Shown here in pieces: positions 19,198-27,939 of a stretch of 64,000 nt of DNA. Every line of letters starts with the position of its first letter. Positions within the stretch are counted from its first letter, which is position 1. The DNA is from Armatimonadota bacterium (GTDB lineage: Bacteria; Armatimonadota; UBA5829; DSUL01): assembly GCA_039811685.1 (NCBI GenBank), contig JBDHZC010000006.1:64001-128000 (forward strand), in the 5' to 3' direction. The position numbers and the translations under genes are program-made. The notes under the pieces were generated by a model. It did not search any database. It was given only the letters and a program-made list of their open reading frames with translations, and had not been told where the DNA came from.

Positions 19198-19259
19198 GAC
19201 GCCCCGTTTCACCGCCGCTGCGATGACAGTCGGGTCTGATCTCGCAACGACGCATTAAT

Positions 19260-19292
19260 AAAGCGCGCCGCTTTACCGCGGCGCGCTTTTTT
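19260..19292. terminator. Terminator between convergent genes
   Basis: AAAGCGCGCCGC-TTTACC-GCGGCGCGCTTTTTT. Confidence 0.8.
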
Positions 19293-19313
19293 TAGAACAG
19301 GTTCGTCGAGAAT

Positions 19314-20582
19314 CTACACCCAGCCGCGCAACTTCATGGCCTCGGCCACGCGTTGGATGGAGACCATGTAGGCGGCGGTCCGCATATCAACGCCAAACTC
19401 TGTCGACGTGTTGAGAACCGCGCGGAACGCTTCGGTCATCTTACGATCCAGGCGGTGATGTACCTCCGCTTCCTCCCAGTAGTAGCCACTCGAGTTCTGC
19501 ACCCATTCAAAGTACGAAACAGTGACTCCACCGGCATTACACAGGAAGTCTGGAATTACAAACACGTTGTTGTTAAACAGGATCTCGTCAGCCGCGGGAG
19601 TCGTCGGGCCGTTAGCGAGCTCTGCGATAATATTAGCTCGAATACGGGAAGCATTGTGTTCCGTAATGACCTCTTCCAACGCGGAAGGCGCAAGAACTTC
19701 TACATCCAGCTCCAGCAACTCATCATTGCTGATCTGCTGAGCGCCAGGGAAATTGGCCACAGTACCCGTGCGCCGCTTCTCATTTACGAGTGCCTGTGGA
19801 TCAAGTCCGCCGGGGTTATAAACTCCTCCGCGCGTATCACTGACAGCGACAATCCGGCATCCGAGAAGGTCGTGGAAGAGTGTCGCCGCATACTGGCCAG
19901 CGTTGCCGAATCCCTGAATGGCAACCGTGCTTGACTTGAGGTCCAGCCCAAGGTGCTCCGCTGCCTCACGGACCGTATAAGCCCCACCCCGGGCAGTGGC
20001 ATCGCCACGCCCGGCGGATCCGCCGATAGCCAGCGGCTTGCCCGTAATAACTCCGGGCGCATGGTGGCCAACGATGGTGGAGTACTCATCCATCATCCAG
20101 GCCATAATCTGCGGTGTGGTGTACACATCTGGAGCGGGAATGTCTTTATCTGGACCAATGAAGCGGCTGATTGCGCGCACGTAGGCGCGGCTCAACCTCT
20201 CAAGCTCCGTCTCGGAGAGAGATTTCGGGTCACAAATGATCCCACCCTTACCGCCGCCCAACGGAATGTCCACAACGGCGCACTTCCACGTCATCCACGC
20301 GGCAAGCGCGCGCACGGTGTCAATCGTCTCCTCAGGATGAAAACGGATGCCGCCCTTGTTCGGACCTCGAGCGTCGTTGTACTGCACTCGATAAGCATTG
20401 AACGTCCGGCAAGATCCGTCGTCCATCTTGATGGTGAGGGTAACGTGCATCTCACGCGCCGGCTGTCGCAGCGCAGTGTGAATGCCAGAGTCGAGTTTAA
20501 GGATTGCCGCAGCCTTGTCAAGCTGCTGCTGTGCTATATGGAAGGGGTTGATCTTCTCTTCCAACAGTTGTGCGTGGGCCAA
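19314..20582 (-). CDS. gdhA: Glu/Leu/Phe/Val dehydrogenase (glutamate dehydrogenase)
   Basis: [66 protein letters not shown] before TTG 20582. Confidence 0.95.
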   Translation of the reverse strand: MAHAQLLEEKINPFHIAQQQLDKAAAILKLDSGIHTALRQPAREMHVTLTIKMDDGSCRTFNAYRVQYNDARGPNKGGIRFHPEETIDTVRALAAWMTWKCAVVDIPLGGGKGGIICDPKSLSETELERLSRAYVRAISRFIGPDKDIPAPDVYTTPQIMAWMMDEYSTIVGHHAPGVITGKPLAIGGSAGRGDATARGGAYTVREAAEHLGLDLKSSTVAIQGFGNAGQYAATLFHDLLGCRIVAVSDTRGGVYNPGGLDPQALVNEKRRTGTVANFPGAQQISNDELLELDVEVLAPSALEEVITEHNASRIRANIIAELANGPTTPAADEILFNNNVFVIPDFLCNAGGVTVSYFEWVQNSSGYYWEEAEVHHRLDRKMTEAFRAVLNTSTEFGVDMRTAAYMVSIQRVAEAMKLRGWV

Positions 20583-21043
20583 TGTCGTTCTCCTCAAGTG
20601 GTAACGCCGAGAAGGCTACGCATGAAAGAAGTATGGCGCACGACTATGTGCTGGTAAGTAGCCAGCGGTCTCCCGCTCTGCATTGCCAGTGCAGGCGTTG
20701 TGAGCAAGGAAACATCTCAGAGATCCAAACCAGGGGCTTTGTTCGCGTGCTCTTGCGCGCGATGTCTGATCAGACTCTTTTGCCTCAGAATGGGCAAATC
20801 ATGCACAACCTTACATTTCGGGAAGTACAATTTAGCAAGATTACGCGCTCTGCGTCAAGATATGAAGATACAAAAATTCAGTCTTTTCAGGGGGACAACT
20901 CACTTTTTCGAGCCAAAACAGACGCAAAATGCCTTGACGCGCAGATTTTCCACTTGTCTCAGCTTGCTCTATGAGCGCCTACAATACGGGCGAGAACAAG
21001 GGTTTTTGCGGACGCCCCAATAAGACGAGCCGGGGGAGATGCG

Positions 21044-22078
21044 ATGAGAGCGGCTGTGCACACCGATGCTTTTGAACTGAGTTTGCAGGACTGGCCGGAC
21101 CCGGAAATCCGGGCGCCGGATGACGTCATTGTCCGAGTCGGATCGGTGGGCATTTGCGGAAGCGATAAGCACGATCTGGACCACTTCCCGGCGCGTCCGC
21201 AGATTCCGGGCCACGAGTTCGCCGGAGTCATCCATGAGGTGGGCGCTGATGCGGCTGGTTTCAAGCCTGGCGACCGTGTCCTGGTCAGGCCGCATACGCG
21301 GTGCGGAAAGTGTGGAGAGTGTCTCAAGACACCTCGCGGAGAGTGTCTGTCCCCGGGAGTTTTTGGCTGCCGTGGTGTGCAACACCCACCCGGCGCTATG
21401 GCGGAGCAGATACTGGTCCGGGCGGAAAATCTCTGGAAAGTCCCAGACAATATTCCGCTTGCGCACGCTGCCCTTGCCGACCCTCTGGCGGTCGCCATTC
21501 ATGCCGTAGAGCGCGGGCCGTCCGTACGTGCAGAGACCTGCGTTATTATGGGCGCCGGGGTCATCGGGCTGTTGCTTGCACAGGTGCTGCGGCTTGACGG
21601 CGCCGGTGAGGTCGCGCTGGTGGACGTGCTGGCGTCTCACCTGGAAGTGGCGAGGGGACAGGGTGAGTTCCTGACATTTTCGGGCGATGACCGGGAAAAG
21701 CTCGAAGGTGATCTGAACGCGCTGAAATCCGGAATCTTCTTCGAGCTCGCGGGCGGAGAGGCTCCGACGCTGGATGCTGCCATTCAGTGTATCCGCCCGG
21801 GTGGGACCGTGCTGCTGGTGTCTCAACGTCCAGGTGGCGCATGGATCAATTATCAGAGAGTAATGGGTAACGAGCTGAACCTGCACGGGGTCGCGGGGGT
21901 GTCGGACGAGGCCTGGGAGCGCGCCGTTGAGTTGCTGTTCTCCGGGCGAATCAACGCAGCGCCGCTGATTACCCACACCTACCCGCTCGAAGAAGCGACC
22001 CGGGCGCTTGACACAGCCTGTCACGGAGACTCGCTAAAGGTCTGTCTGTCACCTAACCCGGACCTGATGGGATGCTGA
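21044..22078 (+). CDS. Zinc-dependent alcohol/polyol dehydrogenase
   Basis: GICGSD, GHEFAG, CGKCGEC..C, GAGVIG. Confidence 0.92.
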   Translation: MRAAVHTDAFELSLQDWPDPEIRAPDDVIVRVGSVGICGSDKHDLDHFPARPQIPGHEFAGVIHEVGADAAGFKPGDRVLVRPHTRCGKCGECLKTPRGECLSPGVFGCRGVQHPPGAMAEQILVRAENLWKVPDNIPLAHAALADPLAVAIHAVERGPSVRAETCVIMGAGVIGLLLAQVLRLDGAGEVALVDVLASHLEVARGQGEFLTFSGDDREKLEGDLNALKSGIFFELAGGEAPTLDAAIQCIRPGGTVLLVSQRPGGAWINYQRVMGNELNLHGVAGVSDEAWERAVELLFSGRINAAPLITHTYPLEEATRALDTACHGDSLKVCLSPNPDLMGC

Positions 22079-22890
22079 GGCTCGGTCTGGATTCCTACAG
22101 TCTGCACCGGACTCTCGACGCCCTTGAGCCCTACTCCGCCGTTCGCGTCTTTCTGAAAAAAGTGAAGGAACTGAAGCTGGATGGCTGGCAGTTCGACCCG
22201 AGGCACCTGGACGGCTGGAACAAAGACCTGGTGCGGGAAATCGGCGCCATCAGCCGGGGCGAGGGGCTGTATCTGGAGCTGGGCAGCGGGGGATTTGAGC
22301 ACGACCACCTGATTGGACGCCTGGAGATGGCTGCGCAAGCCGGGGCGAGGAGCCTTCGCACTTTTGTAGCGCCGGAGCGGATTGCCGTAGGCGCCGAGCG
22401 AGTCAGGGAGATTGCCGGGTTTGCCGTACCACACCTGACTCGACTCGCTGCAGCCGCCTGCGACCTGGGCGTTCCAGTCGCGGTTGAGAACCACGAAGAC
22501 CTCACGAGCGAAGAGCTTCAGCAAATGCTGGAGGCTATCGGCAGCGATTGCGTTGGTGCGTGTCTGGACGCAGCTAACGCTTTGTCCGTTGGAGAAGACC
22601 CCGCCGAGTGCGCGCGCCGCCTAGCTCCGTGCACAATAGCCTGCCACCTGAAGGATTGGAGTGTGCGCGTGCAGGACGGCAGACTGGAGCGGACCACCAG
22701 GCCGTTCGGCAGCGGTGACGCCAGATTGGACGAGGTCTTTAACCTGCTGCGCGAAACCAGACCAGAGCTGCCTATCACTGTCGAGCAACCCTACATAGAT
22801 CCGCGCGATCCCGGAGCGCCGGATAACGAAGACGCCGCCGTACGTCAGGCAGTTGAATACGTGCGCGGTCTGGAGAGCGGCCAGCCCTAG
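22072..22890 (+). CDS. Sugar phosphate isomerase/epimerase (TIM barrel)
   Basis: AVENHED, CLDAAN, CHLKD, TVE metal ligands; overlaps upstream gene. Confidence 0.85.
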   Translation: MLRLGLDSYSLHRTLDALEPYSAVRVFLKKVKELKLDGWQFDPRHLDGWNKDLVREIGAISRGEGLYLELGSGGFEHDHLIGRLEMAAQAGARSLRTFVAPERIAVGAERVREIAGFAVPHLTRLAAAACDLGVPVAVENHEDLTSEELQQMLEAIGSDCVGACLDAANALSVGEDPAECARRLAPCTIACHLKDWSVRVQDGRLERTTRPFGSGDARLDEVFNLLRETRPELPITVEQPYIDPRDPGAPDNEDAAVRQAVEYVRGLESGQP

Positions 22891-22909
22891 CTTCTAAGGA
22901 CGTTCCCAG

Positions 22910-24727
22910 CTATTGCCGTCTGACGACGAGCAGCCAGTCTTCATTATCCGGAGCATTGAAACTCGCTTCGACCGGTCCTCGAACCTTGCTCTGAGATAGA
23001 AGCGCCTTCGTGCCCTCACCTGTCCGCGGGTTGAACCAACCGGCAGTGAAATTCCCTTCCGGCAAATCGAGTTGAACCAGGCCGCCAGAGGGTTTGTACA
23101 CGAGGTACGTCCTACCCTCTTCGCACAATACGTAATCGTCTTCAGCAGATGTGAGGCGGTCCCGCGTGAACAGGCGCTCAATCGGAATCTTCTGCTGGCG
23201 GAAGAACTCAAGAGCGATATGCGCATATTTCCACGACTCCTCGCGACTTCTCCAATCCTCGCAGAGCAAATCGTTGCACGGGAGCGCATAGCCGAAGTAG
23301 TACTCAACGCCTGCGCCGCCCGCCATCAGGTTACCCCAGAGGGTGCGCTTGCGGATATCGTCTGCGCTGCGCCCGATGGCCTTCGGGTCGAACCCGTCAT
23401 AGCCTTTATCCGGAGGTACACCCGTGTCCGCGCCGTTCTGCTCATCGCTCGCCACAACCCAGAGCTTTCCAGCCCTCGTGGATTCCCACACCCACCAGAT
23501 CGTGAACCCGTGTACGTCGTCCCAGCCGTTCTGAAGGGAAGCTCCGGTCAGATCGGACGCTTTGCCAAGATGCGCCTTGTAGAGCTTCTCCTGATCGCCG
23601 GGAAAAGTGTGCAGGGCGATGTTGTGACCGTACGGGTCATGCTTGTGGAAGAACGCGGCCATCGCCTTTTGCTGGGCCACTGTTTGAGAGTTCTCTTCCC
23701 CGAGATTCCACGTCAGCCCCTGAAGATGGCCGAAGCGCGCGATCAGTTCCCTGTAGTAGAGCCTGCGCTCCGTGCCAAGTTCGCCACCGTCCAGGGACTC
23801 CGGCACATCGTTGTCGTTCTCCGTTTCCTGCGTCTTAAACTGGAGATGTATGCCTTTTGCCTGCGCGTGCTCGAATACAATAAGCCACTGATCGAGCTTC
23901 GAACAATCATAGCGGGTTTTCTGGTTGCGGGTCACAAATGGCCAGACATTATCGCCGTCTCCTCCGGCGTTGTACGTGAGGAAGGAAACCGTATTCATCC
24001 CCTGTGAGGCGAGATAGTTGATGGCGCCAATAAGTCCGCGACCCTTGCCAGCCTTCCAGACCGGATCGCCAGGTCGCCAGTCGCGCACGTGCGCCTGGAA
24101 CGTCTTCAGCGGCGTTTTGAGCGTGGAGGTCCCGTCGAAGTCCTTGTAGGCAAGCAGCGTCTCCGGAGAGTCCGGCCCCGCCTTCAGAAAGTACTCCTTC
24201 GAACCCGCGAAGCGCAGATAGCGCTCGCCAACATACTGCAACCATCCCCTTGCGCGAAAGTCCGGCCACCTCTTGTCAGAGGGCGCAACGCGAACGGAAC
24301 CGGTCTCACCGTCAAAGAAGCCCGCTGAGACACCGGCCCTGGGGTCCTGACTTACGGCAATATCAGGGCCTTTTCGGAAGGAGACGTTGTAATCCCACAG
24401 TCCGGTTTCATTTGGACAGAACTGCGCGCGCCAGACGCGCCCGGAGGAAGCGGAAGTCTCCGCTGCCCGGCCATCCGCCGCATAGTAACCGTAGATGAGA
24501 TAGGTCTTTCCCGTTGCCTTGTGGCGAAAGGTGACATTTAGTCTGTAATCGAGAAACGGATTGGGATCGGCGGTTTCACTTGTATCCGGACCGGCAAAGC
24601 TCAGACTTAGAGTGTGCCACTGCTTGAGCTCTCCGCTAACCCTGGCGCCCGCCCGCACGGAAGGTGCAGTGACGGCGCACAGGGCAGCGAACAGAATGAC
24701 GGTCGTGAGTCTGGCAGGAGAAAGCAT
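22910..24727 (-). CDS. Secreted DUF5060-type protein with putative glycoside hydrolase core
   Basis: Signal peptide; NPFLDYRLNVTF, WNLGEE, LWGNLMAGGAGVEYY, WFNPRTG. Confidence 0.75.
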   Translation of the reverse strand: MLSPARLTTVILFAALCAVTAPSVRAGARVSGELKQWHTLSLSFAGPDTSETADPNPFLDYRLNVTFRHKATGKTYLIYGYYAADGRAAETSASSGRVWRAQFCPNETGLWDYNVSFRKGPDIAVSQDPRAGVSAGFFDGETGSVRVAPSDKRWPDFRARGWLQYVGERYLRFAGSKEYFLKAGPDSPETLLAYKDFDGTSTLKTPLKTFQAHVRDWRPGDPVWKAGKGRGLIGAINYLASQGMNTVSFLTYNAGGDGDNVWPFVTRNQKTRYDCSKLDQWLIVFEHAQAKGIHLQFKTQETENDNDVPESLDGGELGTERRLYYRELIARFGHLQGLTWNLGEENSQTVAQQKAMAAFFHKHDPYGHNIALHTFPGDQEKLYKAHLGKASDLTGASLQNGWDDVHGFTIWWVWESTRAGKLWVVASDEQNGADTGVPPDKGYDGFDPKAIGRSADDIRKRTLWGNLMAGGAGVEYYFGYALPCNDLLCEDWRSREESWKYAHIALEFFRQQKIPIERLFTRDRLTSAEDDYVLCEEGRTYLVYKPSGGLVQLDLPEGNFTAGWFNPRTGEGTKALLSQSKVRGPVEASFNAPDNEDWLLVVRRQ

Positions 24728-24982
24728 AAATCGGACTCTCACTTATCGTTGTGGCACGTTGGTGAATGCCAGCGTAGCCTGTAATCTTGATGATTAATTC
24801 GGCGAGCACAAGTGAAAATCATCCAGAAAAGACGGTTCTCGTACGAAGACGCCGTCCGCCTCCCGCTGCAGTTTGTCCTCTTACCCGGTAAGAGTCTCCA
24901 AACCAGTACTCACAAAAGAGCGCGAGGGACGTATCTATTTCTTAGAAAATTCAAATATTTACTGAAAGAATATGCTTAATCG

Positions 24983-25012
24983 TTGACACGAGGGGCTTGG
25001 AGGCCGTAGAAT
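24983..25012 (+). promoter_or_regulatory. Sigma70-type promoter of nos operon
   Basis: TTGACA-18nt-TAGAAT. Confidence 0.7.
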
Positions 25013-25064
25013 TGGCGCGAACCACACGCGAGTGAGCATACGATAGAGTGGCTGTCGTATACTC

Positions 25065-25082
25065 TTGTGCATTTTTGCGCAA
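25065..25082. promoter_or_regulatory. Rex-like palindromic operator
   Basis: TTGTGCA-TTTT-TGCGCAA versus Rex consensus TTGTGAA-N4-TTCACAA. Confidence 0.45.
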
Positions 25083-25214
25083 AGGTCGCGATTCTATAGC
25101 AACCAAGTCCGGATGTCCGCCGGCAAAAGACCTGACACTTGTTCTTTCTGTCGTGGCAACTCTCCGCTGGCTGTCCGGAAGCGTCTTACCTCACGAAAGC
25201 AGAGGAGGAGTGAA

Positions 25215-27251
25215 GTGGCTTACGAGACTTCTGACAACAGCAAGACCTGGGCTGTCGTGGCAGCCATTGTGGTCGTTGTGTTCGCAGCGATTGGCTGGCT
25301 GATTTTTCGGCCAAGCGGTGAAGGCGGCGCACAGGGACCGGGTGGCGCTACCCTGACAAGAATGCCGGGTGACGCCAACTCCATTATCAAGAATCGCCAG
25401 ATGTCGCCTGAGGACGTTCTGGCGGCGCTGACAACCTACATGCCCTCCGGCAAGCATGACGACTACATGATGTTCGCCTCTGGTGGGCATGGTGGCCAGG
25501 TGCTGGTGATAGGCGTGCCTTCAATGCGACTGCTCAAGGTGATCGGGGTGTTCACTCCGGAGCCGTGGCAGGGCTGGGGTTTTTCGGAAGAAACCCGTGC
25601 CGTGATCAACGGCAAAGCTGGGGATGGCACTGATCTGTTGTGGGGCGACACGCATCACCCGGCCTTGAGTGAGACCAATGGCGAGTATGACGGCCAGTTT
25701 CTCTTCATCAACGACAAGGCCTCAGCGCGTGTCGCAGTCATCGATCTCCGAGACTTCGAAACCAAGCAGATTGTTAAGAACCCGCTGGCCATCAACGACC
25801 ACGGCGGCGCCTTTGTCACTCCGGACACCGAATGGGTTATTGAAGGCGGTCAGTATGCGCATCCTATCGGTGGAAAATACGCGTCCCTGGCTGATTACAA
25901 GAAATCCTACAGGGGGTTGGTCACCTGCTGGAAGTTCGATCGCAAGAAGGGCCGCATAGACCCGTCCAAATCCTTTGCTATTGAGTTGCCACCGTACTGG
26001 CAGGATCTGTCGGACGCCGGCAAACTTGTGAGTGACGGGTGGATATTCCTGAACTCGTTCAATACGGAGATGGCCACAGGCGGCGGAGAAAAGAAGGGCG
26101 GCGTCTGGTTTGAGGCCGGCACAACCCAGCGTGACATGGACTACCTGCACGTCATCAATCTCAAGAAGGCCATCGCGACAGCGGCTGCAGGCAAGACGAC
26201 CACCATCAACGGATTCCGGATGATCCCGCTGCAGACTGCAGCCTCTGAGAGCATTCTGTACTTTGCCCCAGAACCCAAAAGCCCGCACGGGGTGGATGTC
26301 ACCCCTGGCGGCGAGTATATGGTAGTCTCCGGCAAGCTGGACCCACATGTCACAATTTTCAGCTTCCAGAAGATGATGGATGCTATCAAGAACAAGTCAT
26401 TCTCCGGGAAAGACCCTTACGGCGTCCCGATCTTTGACTTCAAGAAGGTTGTGGAAAAGCAGGTGGAGTTGGGCCTGGGGCCACTTCATACGCAGTTTGA
26501 CGACAAGGGATACGCCTATACGAGCCTTTTCCTGGACAGCGCTGTGGCGCGGTGGTCACTGGGTGGGCCGTACGAAAAACTCCACTCAGATAAACCGTGG
26601 ACGCTCGTCAAGAAGATACCTGTGCAGTACAATGTCGGACATCTTGCCGCCGCGGAAGGTGATACCGCCAAGCCCGCCGGTCACTTCCTGGTCGCGTTGA
26701 ACAAGTGGTCGGTGGACCGGTTCGCTAATGTGGGCCCTCTTCTGCCGCAGAACCTGCAGCTCGTGGACATTTCCAATCCCGGCGATAAGATGCAGGTGCT
26801 GTATGACATGCCCATTGGAATCGGCGAACCTCACTATTCGCAAATCATCAAGGCCGACAAGATCAAGGCGTGGGACGTGTACCCTGAGATCGGATGGTCG
26901 CCTGTTACGCAGAGCAAGTCTCCAAAAGCCACGACTGTTGGCCAGGAGCGCATCGTGCGCAACGGAAATACTGTTGAAGTGTTCATGACGGCCATCAGGA
27001 GTCATCTGAACCCGGAGCATGTCGAGGTGAAGAAAGGCGACAAGGTGATCTGGCACGTGACGAACGTGGAGCGAGCGCGCGACGCAACGCACGGATTCGC
27101 GCTGTTCAATCACAACCTCAGCCTTGAACCGGGTGAAACGGAGACTATCTCCTTCACAGCGACGAAAGAGGGAGTCTATCCGTACTACTGCACGGAGTTC
27201 TGCTCAGCGCTTCACCTGGAGATGACCGGGTATCTTCTGGTGAAACCGTAG
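25215..27251 (+). CDS. nosZ: Clade II nitrous-oxide reductase
   Basis: CuZ His motifs DTHH, NDHGG, SPHG, PLHT, VGH, EPHY; CuA HGF...CTEFCSALHLEM; FASGGHGGQ; GAGGAGGAG RBS before GTG; no Tat motif. Confidence 0.97.
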   Translation: MAYETSDNSKTWAVVAAIVVVVFAAIGWLIFRPSGEGGAQGPGGATLTRMPGDANSIIKNRQMSPEDVLAALTTYMPSGKHDDYMMFASGGHGGQVLVIGVPSMRLLKVIGVFTPEPWQGWGFSEETRAVINGKAGDGTDLLWGDTHHPALSETNGEYDGQFLFINDKASARVAVIDLRDFETKQIVKNPLAINDHGGAFVTPDTEWVIEGGQYAHPIGGKYASLADYKKSYRGLVTCWKFDRKKGRIDPSKSFAIELPPYWQDLSDAGKLVSDGWIFLNSFNTEMATGGGEKKGGVWFEAGTTQRDMDYLHVINLKKAIATAAAGKTTTINGFRMIPLQTAASESILYFAPEPKSPHGVDVTPGGEYMVVSGKLDPHVTIFSFQKMMDAIKNKSFSGKDPYGVPIFDFKKVVEKQVELGLGPLHTQFDDKGYAYTSLFLDSAVARWSLGGPYEKLHSDKPWTLVKKIPVQYNVGHLAAAEGDTAKPAGHFLVALNKWSVDRFANVGPLLPQNLQLVDISNPGDKMQVLYDMPIGIGEPHYSQIIKADKIKAWDVYPEIGWSPVTQSKSPKATTVGQERIVRNGNTVEVFMTAIRSHLNPEHVEVKKGDKVIWHVTNVERARDATHGFALFNHNLSLEPGETETISFTATKEGVYPYYCTEFCSALHLEMTGYLLVKP

Positions 27252-27285
27252 GACTGTTCGGGAGCACCCTTACGAGACGCAGAAT

Positions 27286-27939
27286 ATGAAAAAACGACTG
27301 AATACAATTATCGGACCGCGAGTGCCGCCCGATCTCCAGAAACAAGACTCTCTGAGGTTTCTGCTCCCGACACTACTGTTGTCGCTTTCGGTGGTGTGCC
27401 TGCTGGTAAGTATCTCTCAGCCTTACTGGCGGCTGAAGCTGCACGCTCCCCAGTATCCTGGAGGGTTGTCCGTGCAGGTTTACCTCACCCACACCACCGG
27501 CGACGTCAAAGAGATTGACGGACTGAACCACTATATCGGGATGAAGTCTTTGTCGGAAGCGGCAAAGCTGGAGAGGTCCATAAGCGTCGCCGCTGTGCTG
27601 GTGCTGGCAGTTCTATTGCTGGGGGCGACATACGTTCACACACGGTGGGCGGTCTTGCTGGTCATCCCGTGCCTGATCTTTCCATTTGGATTTCTGGGGG
27701 ACCTGTACTACTGGTTGCGGGCTTTTGGGCTGAACCTCAATCCAGAAGCCCCGCTCAATCATGCGGTCAAACCCTTTGTGCCAACGATTCTCGGAGAGGG
27801 ATTCGTCGGGCAATTCAAGACAGTCGCATCCGTTGACAGCGGGTTCTACCTGGTGTGCATGGGTTGCGTGCTGGCGATTGCCGGGTTGTGGTTCCATCGC
27901 CTTGCGTACAAGCCTCTGCAGGACCAGGCCTTGTCGTGA
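27286..27939 (+). CDS. nosB: NosB membrane protein
   Basis: W.LKLHAPQYPGGL, EIDGLNHYIGM, four TM segments; directly follows clade II nosZ. Confidence 0.88.
   Translation: MKKRLNTIIGPRVPPDLQKQDSLRFLLPTLLLSLSVVCLLVSISQPYWRLKLHAPQYPGGLSVQVYLTHTTGDVKEIDGLNHYIGMKSLSEAAKLERSISVAAVLVLAVLLLGATYVHTRWAVLLVIPCLIFPFGFLGDLYYWLRAFGLNLNPEAPLNHAVKPFVPTILGEGFVGQFKTVASVDSGFYLVCMGCVLAIAGLWFHRLAYKPLQDQALS

Noticed and set aside
18163..19212. 349-aa minus-strand ORF
   Set aside because: Antisense shadow of the aldo/keto reductase with no recognisable motifs.
20969..22024. 351-aa minus-strand ORF
   Set aside because: Antisense shadow of the Zn dehydrogenase.
23072..24007. 311-aa plus-strand ORF
   Set aside because: Shadow of the DUF5060-type gene.
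25065..25214. N-terminal extension of nosZ containing RKQRR as a Tat signal
   Set aside because: There is no RRxFLK consensus, and those codons coincide with the strong RBS for GTG 25215.
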